From NCBI RefSeq assembly GCF_964188315.1, contig NC_135658.1, positions 30,690,001-30,754,000 of the forward strand: DNA of 64,000 nucleotides. The letters run 5' to 3'. The notes under the pieces were generated by a model. It was not told the origin of the DNA and did not search any database. It was given only the letters and a program-made list of their open reading frames with translations. This DNA comes from Podarcis muralis (taxonomy: Eukaryota). A program made the translations under genes and the position numbers. The stretch's first letter is position 1; each line of letters begins with the position of its first letter. Shown here piece after piece: positions 48,263-59,950 of the stretch.

Positions 48263-48785
48263 TATAAGAACACAAGAATAGCCTACTGGATCACGCCAGT
48301 GGCCCATCTAGTCCAGCTTCCTGTTCTCACAGTGGCCACCCAGATGCCTGTGGGAAACCAGCGAGTGAAACATGAACACATGAGTACTCTCCCCTCCCAT
48401 GTCGTCCAGCAACTGGTTTTGGGAAGCATTGCTGCCTCCAACTGTGGAGGTAGAGCATAGCCATCATGGCCAGAAGCCATTGATAGCCCCCTCCTTCGTC
48501 CAGTACAGTGGTACCTCGGGTTACAGACACTTCAGGTTGCAGACGTTTCAGGTTACAGACTCAGCTAACCCAGAAATAGTGCTTCAGGTTAAGAACTTTG
48601 CTTCAGGATGAGAACAGAAAGTGTGCTCTGGCGGCGCGGTGGCAGTGGGAGGCCCTATTAGCTAAAGTGGTATCTCAGGTTAAGAACAGTTTCAGGTTAA
48701 GAACGGACCTCCAGAACGAATTAAGTTCTTAACCCGAGGTTCCACTGTACCTCCAATCCAAATTGGTGGCCATCTCTTTAGGCTG
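48263..48785 (-). mobile_element. Old CR1 3' end interrupted by a family-A MITE
   Basis: ATAAGAACACAAGAATAGCC...CCCATCTAGTCCAGC tail; CR1-like sequence resumes after 48749 (CCAAATTGGTGGCCATC). Confidence 0.65.
48506..48747. mobile_element. Tc1/mariner MITE, family A
   Basis: TA-CAGTGGTACCTCGGGTTAC ... AACCCGAGGTTCCACTG-TA. Confidence 0.9.
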
Positions 48786-51700
48786 CTGTTGTTATATTGC
48801 ACGGCAAGGGTGAAATCAGTAGCTGAGAGCTGGTGGGACCAAGAACCTTGGGACTACCAACTTCCACTCAAATACCTAAAAATCCTTCATTTGGCAAAAT
48901 CTGACAATATTCTTGGTTATTCCCTGTCTTTAGATAACAAAGAGTTGTCACATTTTTGGATTCACCCCATTCCCCCACATCCACAAGATCTAGAAACTCC
49001 TTTCAATCAGAGCTTGAAAGGATGTAAAACCAAGAGGCCAAGCTGCATTCCTGTGCAATGCGTTATGAGCCTCCACGTTTTAATGCTGGTTTGTCCATTT
49101 AATTTATTTTTGAATACATCTAAAACTATAGCTTAGATTACCATTTCAAGCACTTTATGTTTTAACCAAATAGGGCTTAATGAACTGTAAGTTCCAGCAA
49201 CCTTCTGAAATATCTGCTAACATTCAGTACTCTGATTTAGTATCTGCTATAAGTGAGAGAGTGGTTTTGTTGTTGTTAACACTCTGTTTGTAGTTGTTCG
49301 CATTCCCACAAGCAGCAGCATCCTGCTCTGGTGCCTGTGTGGTCAAACATTTATTAAGCCTACAAAACATACGTTGGAACTTAATTTTATTTTGTATACC
49401 GAGAGCAATTTTCACAGCAGTCTTATGGAGCAGTGGTGCATTACAGTGCACATTTGAGTAAATCTTTGCAAGTTGTAGTCTCAGATCATAAGTTTGCATC
49501 ATCCCTTCTTCCTGTGACACCTTAATCCTCTGGTACTGTTTTATTAACTGAAAGAAGTAATAGATCTGGAGTGTAACGCTTTCCCAGAATGCTCGGTGTA
49601 CAGACAAATGTGGGAAGATCATTTTGCTTTCCTGCACTGTCCCGGTTCATAATTGCATCTTTTATTTCTCTAACTTCCAGGGAGTATTGATGATCACATC
49701 ATTAATTATTCTCTTTCTGTTTTTTAAAAAAATGAATGTAATGTGTACGGTAGTTGATTTCATGATCTTCAAACCATTTATATTAGAGTATACCCACTGA
49801 AAGAAAAGGAATTACATCAGGCTATATTACTTCAGGACTTTTGTTCTTCTTGGACTAATAAGAATTTGGGGGAAACCAAATTCATAGATGCTGCCAAATA
49901 CTATTTATGGAAGACCCCCTCCCCAAAGATTCATAGTGCTCCCACATTCCCTTGGGCCATATTTCTGAAGTTCACTTATTTTGGATTTAGGCTGTGTTTC
50001 TTGAAAAGAGCACCCAAAACCTTTCAGCTGCATTTCAACCTGGTACCATCCAATTTTATTGGTCTACGGCTCCCATCACTCGCAACCAGCACAGCAAATG
50101 GGAATTATAGTCCAAAGCATTTGGATGGCACCAGGCTGGCAAAGGCTACTCTTGCTTGTTTCATTGGTACTCTATAGTGCTTAAGATCTTGGTTAGGACT
50201 TCTGGCATGCCTAGCTCACTCAAAGTTGATTTAAACATAGTGTTGAGTTGCACATAGTTTGACCCACATACTTAGAAAATGCAACTGGAGATCGTTGTCT
50301 GCTGTAGAAGATGTGGCTTTTTGGGGATGAGTTAATTTTTTCTGCTCCAGCAGGGCCAGCCAGAGATATTTTGGTGCTCTGCGCAAAAGGCCCTGACCAT
50401 CCACACCACAGATCCAGGTCCCCACCACTCGTTGCCCCCACTGTTGTGCTCCCGCTACTGCCAGCCCTGTCATTGCAACTATACTCTCATCTGCAGCTAC
50501 TCCTGTGCTGCGCAATACTGTAATGCAACAGCAGCAGAAAGGGTGCAACATTGAGGGTGCAGTGGTGAGGGCAATGAGGTTGTTTTGGTGTCAGGGCAGG
50601 GGAAGATCTGCTGCCTGAAGCAAATGGCTTCACCTCACCTCACCTAATTCTGCTGAAAATTGCTTCCTCAGCTGCTTTTTCACCTGTGGGTTCAAATACT
50701 GGGTGTGTTTGTCTTTTTCTTCACTGGAAGAGGAAAATGCTTAGGGATAATATTAGTGGGGAAACCAACAGGAGTAAAAGATAGAGAAGGTCCCCTCAGC
50801 CCCACTAGTCTCCCTTTACTGCATTTCAGCTGTAGCTTTGAATCCATTATACGTTTTAACAGAAGTAGAGAAAAAAAGCTATGTGCAACCAAGAAATGTG
50901 CATGGTGTGGTTCATTATAATCTTGAGGGTTTTTTCCTTGGTTATCTGGGACCATGGAATATAATCAGTAATGACTATAAAACACTTTGTGGCATAAGCC
51001 CCACTGATTTTTATTGGCAAGTTCAGCACGTGAAAAAAAGAACTTGAATTCTATTCATTAAGGCTGGATCCTGATTCTTATATACAGAATTGTTTAATAC
51101 AGTGTTATGTGCCAGGTTCTGTAAAACAAAGCTGCATTTCTGGATATGGTTTACCAGGCATTTAGGGATCCTTTAGGATGGGGGGGGGGAATCCTCTGTA
51201 GAGATGTAAATGTTTGTGTGAGGGTTTTTTATGGCTTTGGTAAAGCTTACAGTGTAAATGTTGAAACTGCTTGTTAGGGAAAGGGAATCTATCAAGTGTA
51301 TTCAGTAAAGAACTGCAGTTGGTAAGTTTACACACTGCTTGTTGCAGAGGAGGCGGTGTTTATCTTAGCTACTTTATGTGTTTACTGCAATATTCCTGCG
51401 TCTTGTTCAGTGTAATGTTTATAGTTGTTCATAACAGTTCCTGTAACTGGAAACAATTAACTTCGCTGACGTGGAAATAAAGCTTGTTTGTGGCAGTGTT
51501 CGAAACTCCCATTGTTCTAGGCGCATTTTGAGACAGGGAATTTCATTAGCGCAAGCAGTTTCTGAGCTCTGGGTGCAGTACTGCGCCTAAGATTTCAGAT
51601 TAAAACTACAGAGTGGAAGGAACGGAGGAATTTTTTCTGCCTCCCCACTTCCAGCTACTCTCTGAAGACTGGAGAAGAGATCCTCTTAAGAATATTAGGG

Positions 51701-54700
51701 GGGGGGTGGACGGGGGAAGGAGTAGACCATGTGAAAAATGAACGTAATATTTTAGCTGCAGTTCATTCATTTTCAGCTTTGTATTCTTGTTATAAAAAAG
51801 CATGCCTAGACATTCTGTTGTTGCGCCCATAACCCTAGGTTTAAAGTGCCATTTAGCTCCTAGCTTTCATATCTCAGTTTCTAACACTGGTTTGTGGTTA
51901 TTATGGCCTGTGACAAAGCAGAGGCAGGGGAACAGCTGAAAAGTATTGTGGCCTTAATAGATCAGATTCTTGAGCTTGGTCTTGGAATCTGTCTTTGAGA
52001 AAAGCTTTGGACAGGCCCCACTCTTACCACCCAGGAGCTTGGAATATTAATGCGAGCCTCTCATAGGAAGAATGAATTACACTATAACCCTAACCCTGCT
52101 TACCTGGGAGTAAGACCCATTGCATTCAGTAGTATGTATTTCTGAGTAGGCAGGGTTAGGATTAGGGATAGGGGAATCTGTCAGTTTTGCTTTTTCTTGA
52201 TTCATCATTTTGCCAATCTTATGTTAAGCTCTCCATATTTCCATATCAATCTGTGAATGCTTTTTAAAAAACGCCTCACGAAAGTTTCATCAACATTTTT
52301 CTGTGAATTTATCTGAATATATACATTCTTGGAAGCAATTGTCCCTCATTAATATATGCACTTTCATGTATACTTTACCCTATAGTACCACATTACTTAG
52401 CTGGAGAATTGCATTGAAAAATTCGGAGAAGCATGACATTTTGAAGTATATCTGTGTTTTGGTTTGTGTATTGTTTCAGAAAGTGCAAATTGGATAGGCT
52501 TACCTTTAAATGTGGACTAAACCATATTTTGCCCCCATCTCTAGGATTGTGCTGTAAGATATTTATAGAAATTACTTTAATGTACTAAATGTAACTAGAA
52601 AATTATATCTTTCAAAATGCTGGCATGTGTTGAGCTTGGAATCCCCCTCCCCATTTCTTCAGAGTTAAGGTTTTCTTCCATCTTATTCTCATTTTCCTCT
52701 TGCACTTGGAATGCTCATCCAAAAGTGCCATGAAATGCAGTGCTTCTTGCCCCACCTCTGCCCACTTCTTCAGATGTATTGGTTCCCTTGGTACCCAAAC
52801 CATTATCAGTGAAATGGGATGTTCTGCAGTGTGAACAATCGCTTTTATTAGCTCTTTGGATGATACTTCTGCCTTGTTAACATAAGGGTTAAATTTCTGC
52901 TGGTTCTGGATTAGAGGGAGGATGTATCAGAAGTGTACAGATGATTTGTGGGGCTGCTGTCAGAATCTCATGACCAGAATAGACCAAGGAGACCTTGGCT
53001 CACTGTCAAGAGGAACAAAATAGCCCAAGTCTTTGTCTATTGGTTTGTCAAGGGCAGTCCCTTGCTCTGCCCTTGAAACAGCTGGTATGCCTCTGGCCTT
53101 TCTTACAGGACTCATCCATAATCAGGATCTCCCATCACCATGCTGTTTGCCAATGATGCAAATGATTTTCCTCTTGTTTAGTTGGATGATGCTAACTTAC
53201 ATGCCATATTAGCAGCAATATTGCTCGTGTGCTTTTTGGATACATGGTGCACCTATTTTCTTGTGAATTCAGTTGTTCACTTTATATTCTACTCTCTATG
53301 TAATCATATTTAAACAACAACACCACCAACAAAAACTACCCTGGTATTTATAGTACCTGATTTTCACCAATCAGTCTGAAGTTTCGTCTTTTATATTTAA
53401 ATGCAAATATATGTCATGCAACCTGTGATAGATGCAAACAGCTCCTGCAGTGTGCAAGAAACCTGATTTGGAATGCTGACCTCTCTGGGCAAGAGTGGGG
53501 GGTTCAGGCTCCCTGTATCCATGTTCCCTTGCTGCATCTTAGTTGAAACAGCCCTTATAGCATCAGCAGTATCTTGATGTAATTGACAAGAGGTGCCGGA
53601 TGCTTGCTGAGTCAGTGAGGTGTGTGCTTGCCAAGTGACTGCAGCAGAATGGAGGCTTTTGCTTGCCTCCGATGGAGCAAAGTTGTCTAGTTTTTTATGT
53701 GCCATCTTAACTTTGGTCTCTCCTTGCTACCATGATATAAGGATTGGCAATATTAACATTTGAGTGTGGAGCAAGAGAGAGAGACGGTGGAAGGACAATA
53801 AATAATGAGGCCTTGGTTCTTGGTTTTGCTATCGTGGTAAACTAAATCATTCTCTTTCCTGCTACCTGAACTTGGGCTGAATTCTGTGGCATGAGGAATG
53901 ATGATGTACTTACAACCAAACCAATTCATAAAAGCAATGACTCTTCTAATAACAACACACTCAGTTGGTGTGCCAAACTTGAATTCAGGTTTTGGGGTGT
54001 AAAATGTGCATCTTTTTCCTTGTACATTTTGTAGCATGGTTATCAAATGCCTTGTTTTAGCTACAGCTCTCCTATTTTTCATATTATGTAGCTCAAGGTA
54101 GCATATGTCTTGATGTGAGATTTCTCTTTATAATGCAAGTTGTCCTTCTGGGAGCAAACAATAAATTTCATGCTATTATGAACCTCATTCATTTAGATTA
54201 ATTCCAGACAGATCTGTGCTGACTTTTTTTGTCTGTGAAAATTTTCAGGGTAAACAAGGGGAGTGGGTCCAGGGACTTCATTATTTCCTGAAACTCCTTT
54301 ACTGTACATCTTTACATGTTGGCTGTTTTGTACCAGCTCCTATCCCTCTCTGCTTCTGTGGTTGGTTTTATTTTCTCTTTTGACAAATTATTTTCTCTTT
54401 TGACTTTTTGTGGGGTGGAGATGTGTTTGAAAACAGGGCAGAAAATTCACAGCGTTGCTTCCTTCCCCATGTCTATTCTGAGTGAGGATGAGAATCACGG
54501 CCTTTGCTCTGAAATGAGTGATGTAGAGTGAACTGAGCTGGAGACATTTTCAGTGAAGTAGGCAGGACAAAATATACCTTCCTGTTACAACTTGGTCCAG
54601 ATTTTGATTCACTCCTTGTAAGATGGAGTGGACTCCCATAGCAGGTACCAAATTAGCATTGTTGGGTATACAGATGATTCTCTGTTAACTAATGATTGTA

Positions 54701-56433
54701 ATTAGTTTTGCATGTCACTGAAAAAACTTGACCTGCGGTTTTCAATAGAAATTAAGTCACTTAAACTAGGCTTGTTTGATTTCAGCTTTAATTTGTCCCT
54801 CTAGTCATGTCTCCTCCCGCCTCTAATGTAGGTTCAAGAGAGAGGTGTTTTCAAAATATAATGTGTGATGTTCCAGGACTAAATGCACGTATATTTAAAA
54901 ATTTCTGTTTGTCTAGTATTCAGGCCATGCCCACCCTGTGAGTTGTCTTCTTTTTGCTGCACTCTTAGGTTTATGTTGTTAATAGCATATCTTGCATTTT
55001 GTTGCCTGCACATCCCTGCACTCTATGTATGAGAAGCTGGACAGTTGGCTCCTCTAACCAGTTATGTGAGTTACCTGAATTCTGAATCCCCCTCCCTCTG
55101 CCGCACTCCTCCCTTTTCTTAAGAAAAACAACAACCTTCTGTTGGTAAGAATTGGACATCTGCAGCTAAGCATTATTTATGAATTAGTCTGCTTTTTTTG
55201 TATTTTCTAGTAAATTAGCCTCGGTGCCAGATTTTGGGGGCACTGTTAATAGGCAGTAAATTGTCAGTTATGTTTTTATTTTGCCCCTCAAAGGAACACA
55301 ATTTGTATTGTCTGCCTCAGGCTCAAAAATGTCTTGTTCCACCTCTGGTGAAATTTTGTCCATCTTCAAACTGGGTCAGTTTTCAGCATGATAACACTAC
55401 ATTACACATGCTTACACACATCCCCAGGTGTTCTCATTACAGACAAAGCAGCATTCACAAACAAATAGCGAAGCTGAGTTTCTCATAGTCTTTTACATAT
55501 TACTTCTGATAACAAATTGTGTATCTGGCTGATAAAAGATGAGTAACATGGACGAAAACACTGTGGTTGTTTCTTAAAACAGTGGTATCTTATCTCTGCC
55601 CTACACTTAACTGTCTTTTAAAAGCTATACATTAAATGGGGCCTGCATTTTCTACCTACTGTGCTAGGCACCACTTCCTAGCTGAGTAATTTCTGTAAAT
55701 ACAGGGCAATTGTTGCAGTGTTAATGGCTCTCTAAGCATGCAGACTGGTGCTCCCAGGCATTTCACACTTAGTGGGGAAGTTGGTATCCTCCTGGCTTGA
55801 AAGTGGATGGTACTGTAACAGCCGGTTCTGTCCATTTGGTCCCAGCAGGCTCTGATATACTCAGACATAGGTGTTAACTTTTAAGAAGCCAAAACTAGAT
55901 GTGTTAATTATAAGTATTGCTATTAGGGACAACCATACTTAAGATATTTATTTCAAAGCAGTGATCAGCCTCAATTCCCATCTGCAAAATGGGAATAGCC
56001 TTAGGGACTGCCTTCTCATATGAATTTATCTGAATAGTTAGATCAACATTAGAGGAAGGAACTTTGATCACCTGCTCTCTGAGGTTGACACATAAGGTAG
56101 AGGCTTTACCCAGCATAGTGCCTGGATGCTATGTAGTGCTACTGCCCTACTGTGTCTGAATTAAAGCCCATGGTGTGTAATGGATGCCCAAGAAAGCAGG
56201 TAGGATGTTGCATCGGGAATTGCAGGACCTTGGATAGCTCCAAGAACCTGGCAGAATCTGGAACGCAAGCATCTGGTAAAATCTGAAAGCCCCCCTCCCA
56301 ACTGTATGTGTGTGTGGTGTAGCCACTGATGCAACAGTAGTGTATTAGCACTATTTTTCACTTTATTTGTTGCTCTGAGATACTTCTGCAGTGTAACCAC
56401 ATTATTGCTGCCTAGAGGGGAACTCTTGCACTA

Positions 56434-56658
56434 CAGTGGTACCTTGAGTTACAAACGCCTCAGGTTACAAACTCCACTAACCTGGAAGAGTTACCTTCAG
56501 TTGAGAACTTTGCCACAGGATGAGAACGGAAATCGTGTGCTGGCGACGCAGCGGCGGCAAGAGGCCCCAATAGCGAAAGCATGCCTCTAGTTAAGAACAG
56601 TTTCAGGTTAAGAACGGACCTACGGAACGAATTAAGTTCGTAACTAGAGGTACCACTG
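56434..56658. mobile_element. Tc1/mariner MITE, family A variant
   Basis: TA-CAGTGGTACCTTGAGTTAC ... TAACTAGAGGTACCACTG-TA. Confidence 0.9.
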
Positions 56659-57599
56659 TATAGCGCAACAGAAACAGGACAAAAAACTAAAGCAGAATAT
56701 TTTAGTTCAACTATGAAGTTGTGGGATATGCACTGGCAGTACACCCACCCCTATTTTTTTTGAAGACACAGTGTTTTTTCCACAATTAGTTTTTATTGTT
56801 TTAAATATGACAAATACAAAATTACAGAACAGAGTAAAACCAAGAAATATACAAGCTGTTGTAGACTACATTCTTTGATGTAAAGTAGGAATAATGACAT
56901 GAGAGAAGTCAAAGCATGCCATCCAATTAACACTCTGTGATGTTGCTTCCCTCTCCATAGCGAAAATTAGAGACTAGGGGCTGACATGCAAGTTTCTGTT
57001 AACATAACCTGAAATGGGAAGCCACACTTTTTCATAATCCTCCTCCTTTGAAGTGCCCCTGACTTCTCTTGCATTTTAAAAGCACAATAGACTATACCCA
57101 GTTCATCCATCTTTTTGTGAGTTGCTCTCCCTACACTTTCCAGCATGACCTCCTTATCCTCACTGCTAGTATCAGTGTCATTACCTCTCTAAAACACACT
57201 GAGGGATTTAAATTACTTTCAGGTAACAGGAGAGTGTCCCCCAGGTCTGGAATGAGAAGCTGTCCTGTGATATCAGAGCCCGTGGAGAAGATTTGATCTG
57301 AATATCTCTTTATATGGGGACATTCCCCACAAATGCAAAAGGGATCCATTCTCCCCACATCCCCTCAAACACAGCAGTGAAATGACTGCATTGAAAAAGA
57401 GAGGTTTTACTGGGGTCCAATGCCAGTTTCTGGGCTAAATGCAGGCAGGGTTTTCATCTTGATGCTCAAAGTCATATGTAGTTTAGGTCTTGTTCTGAAA
57501 TAATGTGTCCCCACTTTGTTCCCCCTCTGTACCTTGAGATAATCCAAAGAAGTTCTTCTACAACTGCTTAAGTACAGTGGGTGGTTCTCAGACTTGGGT

Positions 57600-58050
57600 A
57601 GCCACTGTGGTGCCTGCCAGATGATGTTGGACTACAACTCCCACCAGTCCCAGCTGGCATGACCAATGGTCAGGGATGATGGGAGTTGTAGTCCCAACAA
57701 ATCTAGAAGGCAGCACATTTGCTAATCCTGCTATAAAGACCTGTAACTTTTTTGTCATGGCACAGCAGTTATGGAAAACACTGCCCAAAGATGCTCTCAG
57801 GGCATCCCCTCTTCTGGCCTTTGAGAAGCAGGTTGAAAAATAGGCCTTATTTCAAGAAGATTTTAACTGAGTTGGCTTTAAACTGAAGAACTGCTGTTTT
57901 AAATCCTTGTCATATTTATTTTTGGTTTTTACTATTGATTTTTATTGTTTATTGTTTTTATTGACTTGTTCCTAAAAAAATTTCCTGCAAACTTAAGAGA
58001 ACTGTGGCTTTGGAGTGCAGGTTTAATAAATTAATAGTAAATAAATGCTA
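57600..58050 (+). mobile_element. hAT hairpin MITE (~57600-57730) followed by an L2 3' end
   Basis: GGACTACAACTCCCACC..GATGGGAGTTGTAGTCC arms; then TTATGGAAAACACTGCC (LWN.LP-like) and an AT-rich tail. Confidence 0.55.
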
Positions 58051-58263
58051 AATCATTCCTCTTCTGATTGTAAAGGTAGTATTTACTGGATTATTATTGA
58101 TTTTCCCCTCCCAAATGCATATTTTTTAGAAGAGTTGCTAAATGATGCAATGTAGTTCTTACAAGTACTGTTATATGGGAAGCATTCTAAAGAAAAGTGG
58201 ATGACTTGCACCCTGGGACTCCCTGCAGATGGGTGTCTGAAAGCTCTGGTTTTGTGGTCTGTA

Positions 58264-58520
58264 CAGTGGTACCTCAGGTTACAAACGCTTCGGGTTACAA
58301 ATGCTTCAGGTTACAAACACTTTGGGTTATAAACTCTGCTAACCTGGAAGTAGTATCTTGGGTTGAGAACTTTGCACCAGGATGAGAACAAAAATCGCGC
58401 AGCGGTGGCATGGCGGCAGCAGGAGGCCCCATTAGCGAAAGCGCGCCTCGGGTTAAGAACGGTTTCAGGTTAAGAACAGACCTCCGGAACGAATTAACTT
58501 CGTAACCCAAGGTACTGCTG
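58264..58520. mobile_element. Tc1/mariner MITE, family A variant
   Basis: TA-CAGTGGTACCTCAGGTTAC ... GTAACCCAAGGTACTGCTG-TA; triplicated GGTTACAAA subterminal unit. Confidence 0.88.
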
Positions 58521-59499
58521 TACTGCTTGTGCTAGCCTTGCAGTTGCTTCTTTTACTGTTCATGGAAAGGCGGGAGACAAGCATTTGCTGTGGATCCTGG
58601 CCCAGGTCTAGCTAAATTTTTAGTTGTCACCAAGGGATTATGGGAGTTGGAGTCCAATAATATTAGGAGGACCTGGCTGTCTAACCCATTTTGATAATTT
58701 AAGTCTGTGGTACAGGGATCTGGGACCAAAGAGGAAACTCCTGAAAATGAGCCAATGGAAAATGAGCCAACGGAAGCCAATGAGCCAACGGAGTCAATGT
58801 GAAGTACATAGTTTCTCTTACTCTCCCCTTCCTCTTCACCACCACGCCTTGAGTTTTAACATAATTCCTTGCTGTATTAAATCTAATTTAGACTGTAAGC
58901 TCTTCAAGTTACTGGCAGTGCAGGATATATATGTAAAACAACCAACAAGTGTGTACTATTACAATGCCAAGTCACTCTTAACAGAAGTGCCAGGACTTGC
59001 CAATTTAGCTGATACCTACTAGCCTTAGGATAGACCTGCCAGCCTTTGTGATAGACACTTATTACACTTTATTAATTACACTTAATTTAGAGAAATAAAA
59101 CAGTAGTGCCTTGTTTGGGTTGGGTTTAATTTATAGAGTACTGCTCGACTTTTTCTTGACCGCAGCAGTGAATGCCTGTCTTTTGTAGGTGATGTACAAG
59201 TTCTTGGAAATAGCAATGAACTTTCATATTTTATTTTAAGAAGAGCAGAGTTGGACCAATATTAGAATAGTTCTGCAAAATTATCCAGTGAATAAATAGA
59301 TGTTTGTTTCATCTATTTTTCTTCAGGCACAAGACTCCAGATGTTAATATCCTTCCTATTTGCTGTTTAAAATATCTTTCAAGGGAAGAACTTATTAATC
59401 AAAGCTTATTTAGAAATAGGAGAGGTATTTTGTCCTTTTCATAATTCTTGAGAGCTGCTTTTGGCATTTCCCAAAGGCACTATATGCTCACTGGGTTTT

Positions 59500-59950
59500 T
59501 AAACTTGGAACAGCAGACCCTCAGGCCTTATCACAAGTTGCTTTTGTAAATCTCTTATATGTGGCAGAGGGGCAGCTGCTTGGACACATCCAAATGCTCA
59601 CCATTGCAGGGATAGCTAAGTCCTATGGGTCTCTTGATAGTGAGCTAAGTGTGCATTCTGGTATGGCTTATGGGTTGTATCAAATGCTTGTGGCAAGTGG
59701 AAGGCAGCTTCTGCAACCAATTTTCCTGTTCCCTTCTATCTTCTCAAAAGTCTCTTCAGAAGGTTGGAGATATCCTGAAAGATATGGGCTGTGTTGTATG
59801 GAGTTGCCTGAAACTAAGTGTAAAAACCTGTATAAGGCAACAGGTTCCTCCATTCTTGCCATTAAGCTTCTTGATGAACATACTACCAGGTAGAAGTGTT
59901 GATTCCTATGGAAGTTTTTTGTTGTCTTGGGGAATACATTGGGATTAGAT
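59500..59950 (-). mobile_element. Possible heavily decayed DIRS tyrosine-recombinase remnant
   Basis: Minus strand PNVFPKTTKNFHRNQ resembles the DIRS PKV.S.FH..Q segment; a possible AH(S)TR relic occurs only across frameshifts; weak. Confidence 0.25.

Noticed and set aside
52085-52170. Telomere-like AACCCTAACCCT ... GGGTTAGGATTAGGG
   Set aside because: Only about two units per side; they are the inverted ends of the ~85-bp palindromic dispersed repeat seen at 46.8-48.2 kb, not an interstitial telomere or fusion site.
59189-59265. Candidate phase-1 exon 2 (GDVQVLGNSNEL...)
   Set aside because: In-frame TAG before any credible donor.
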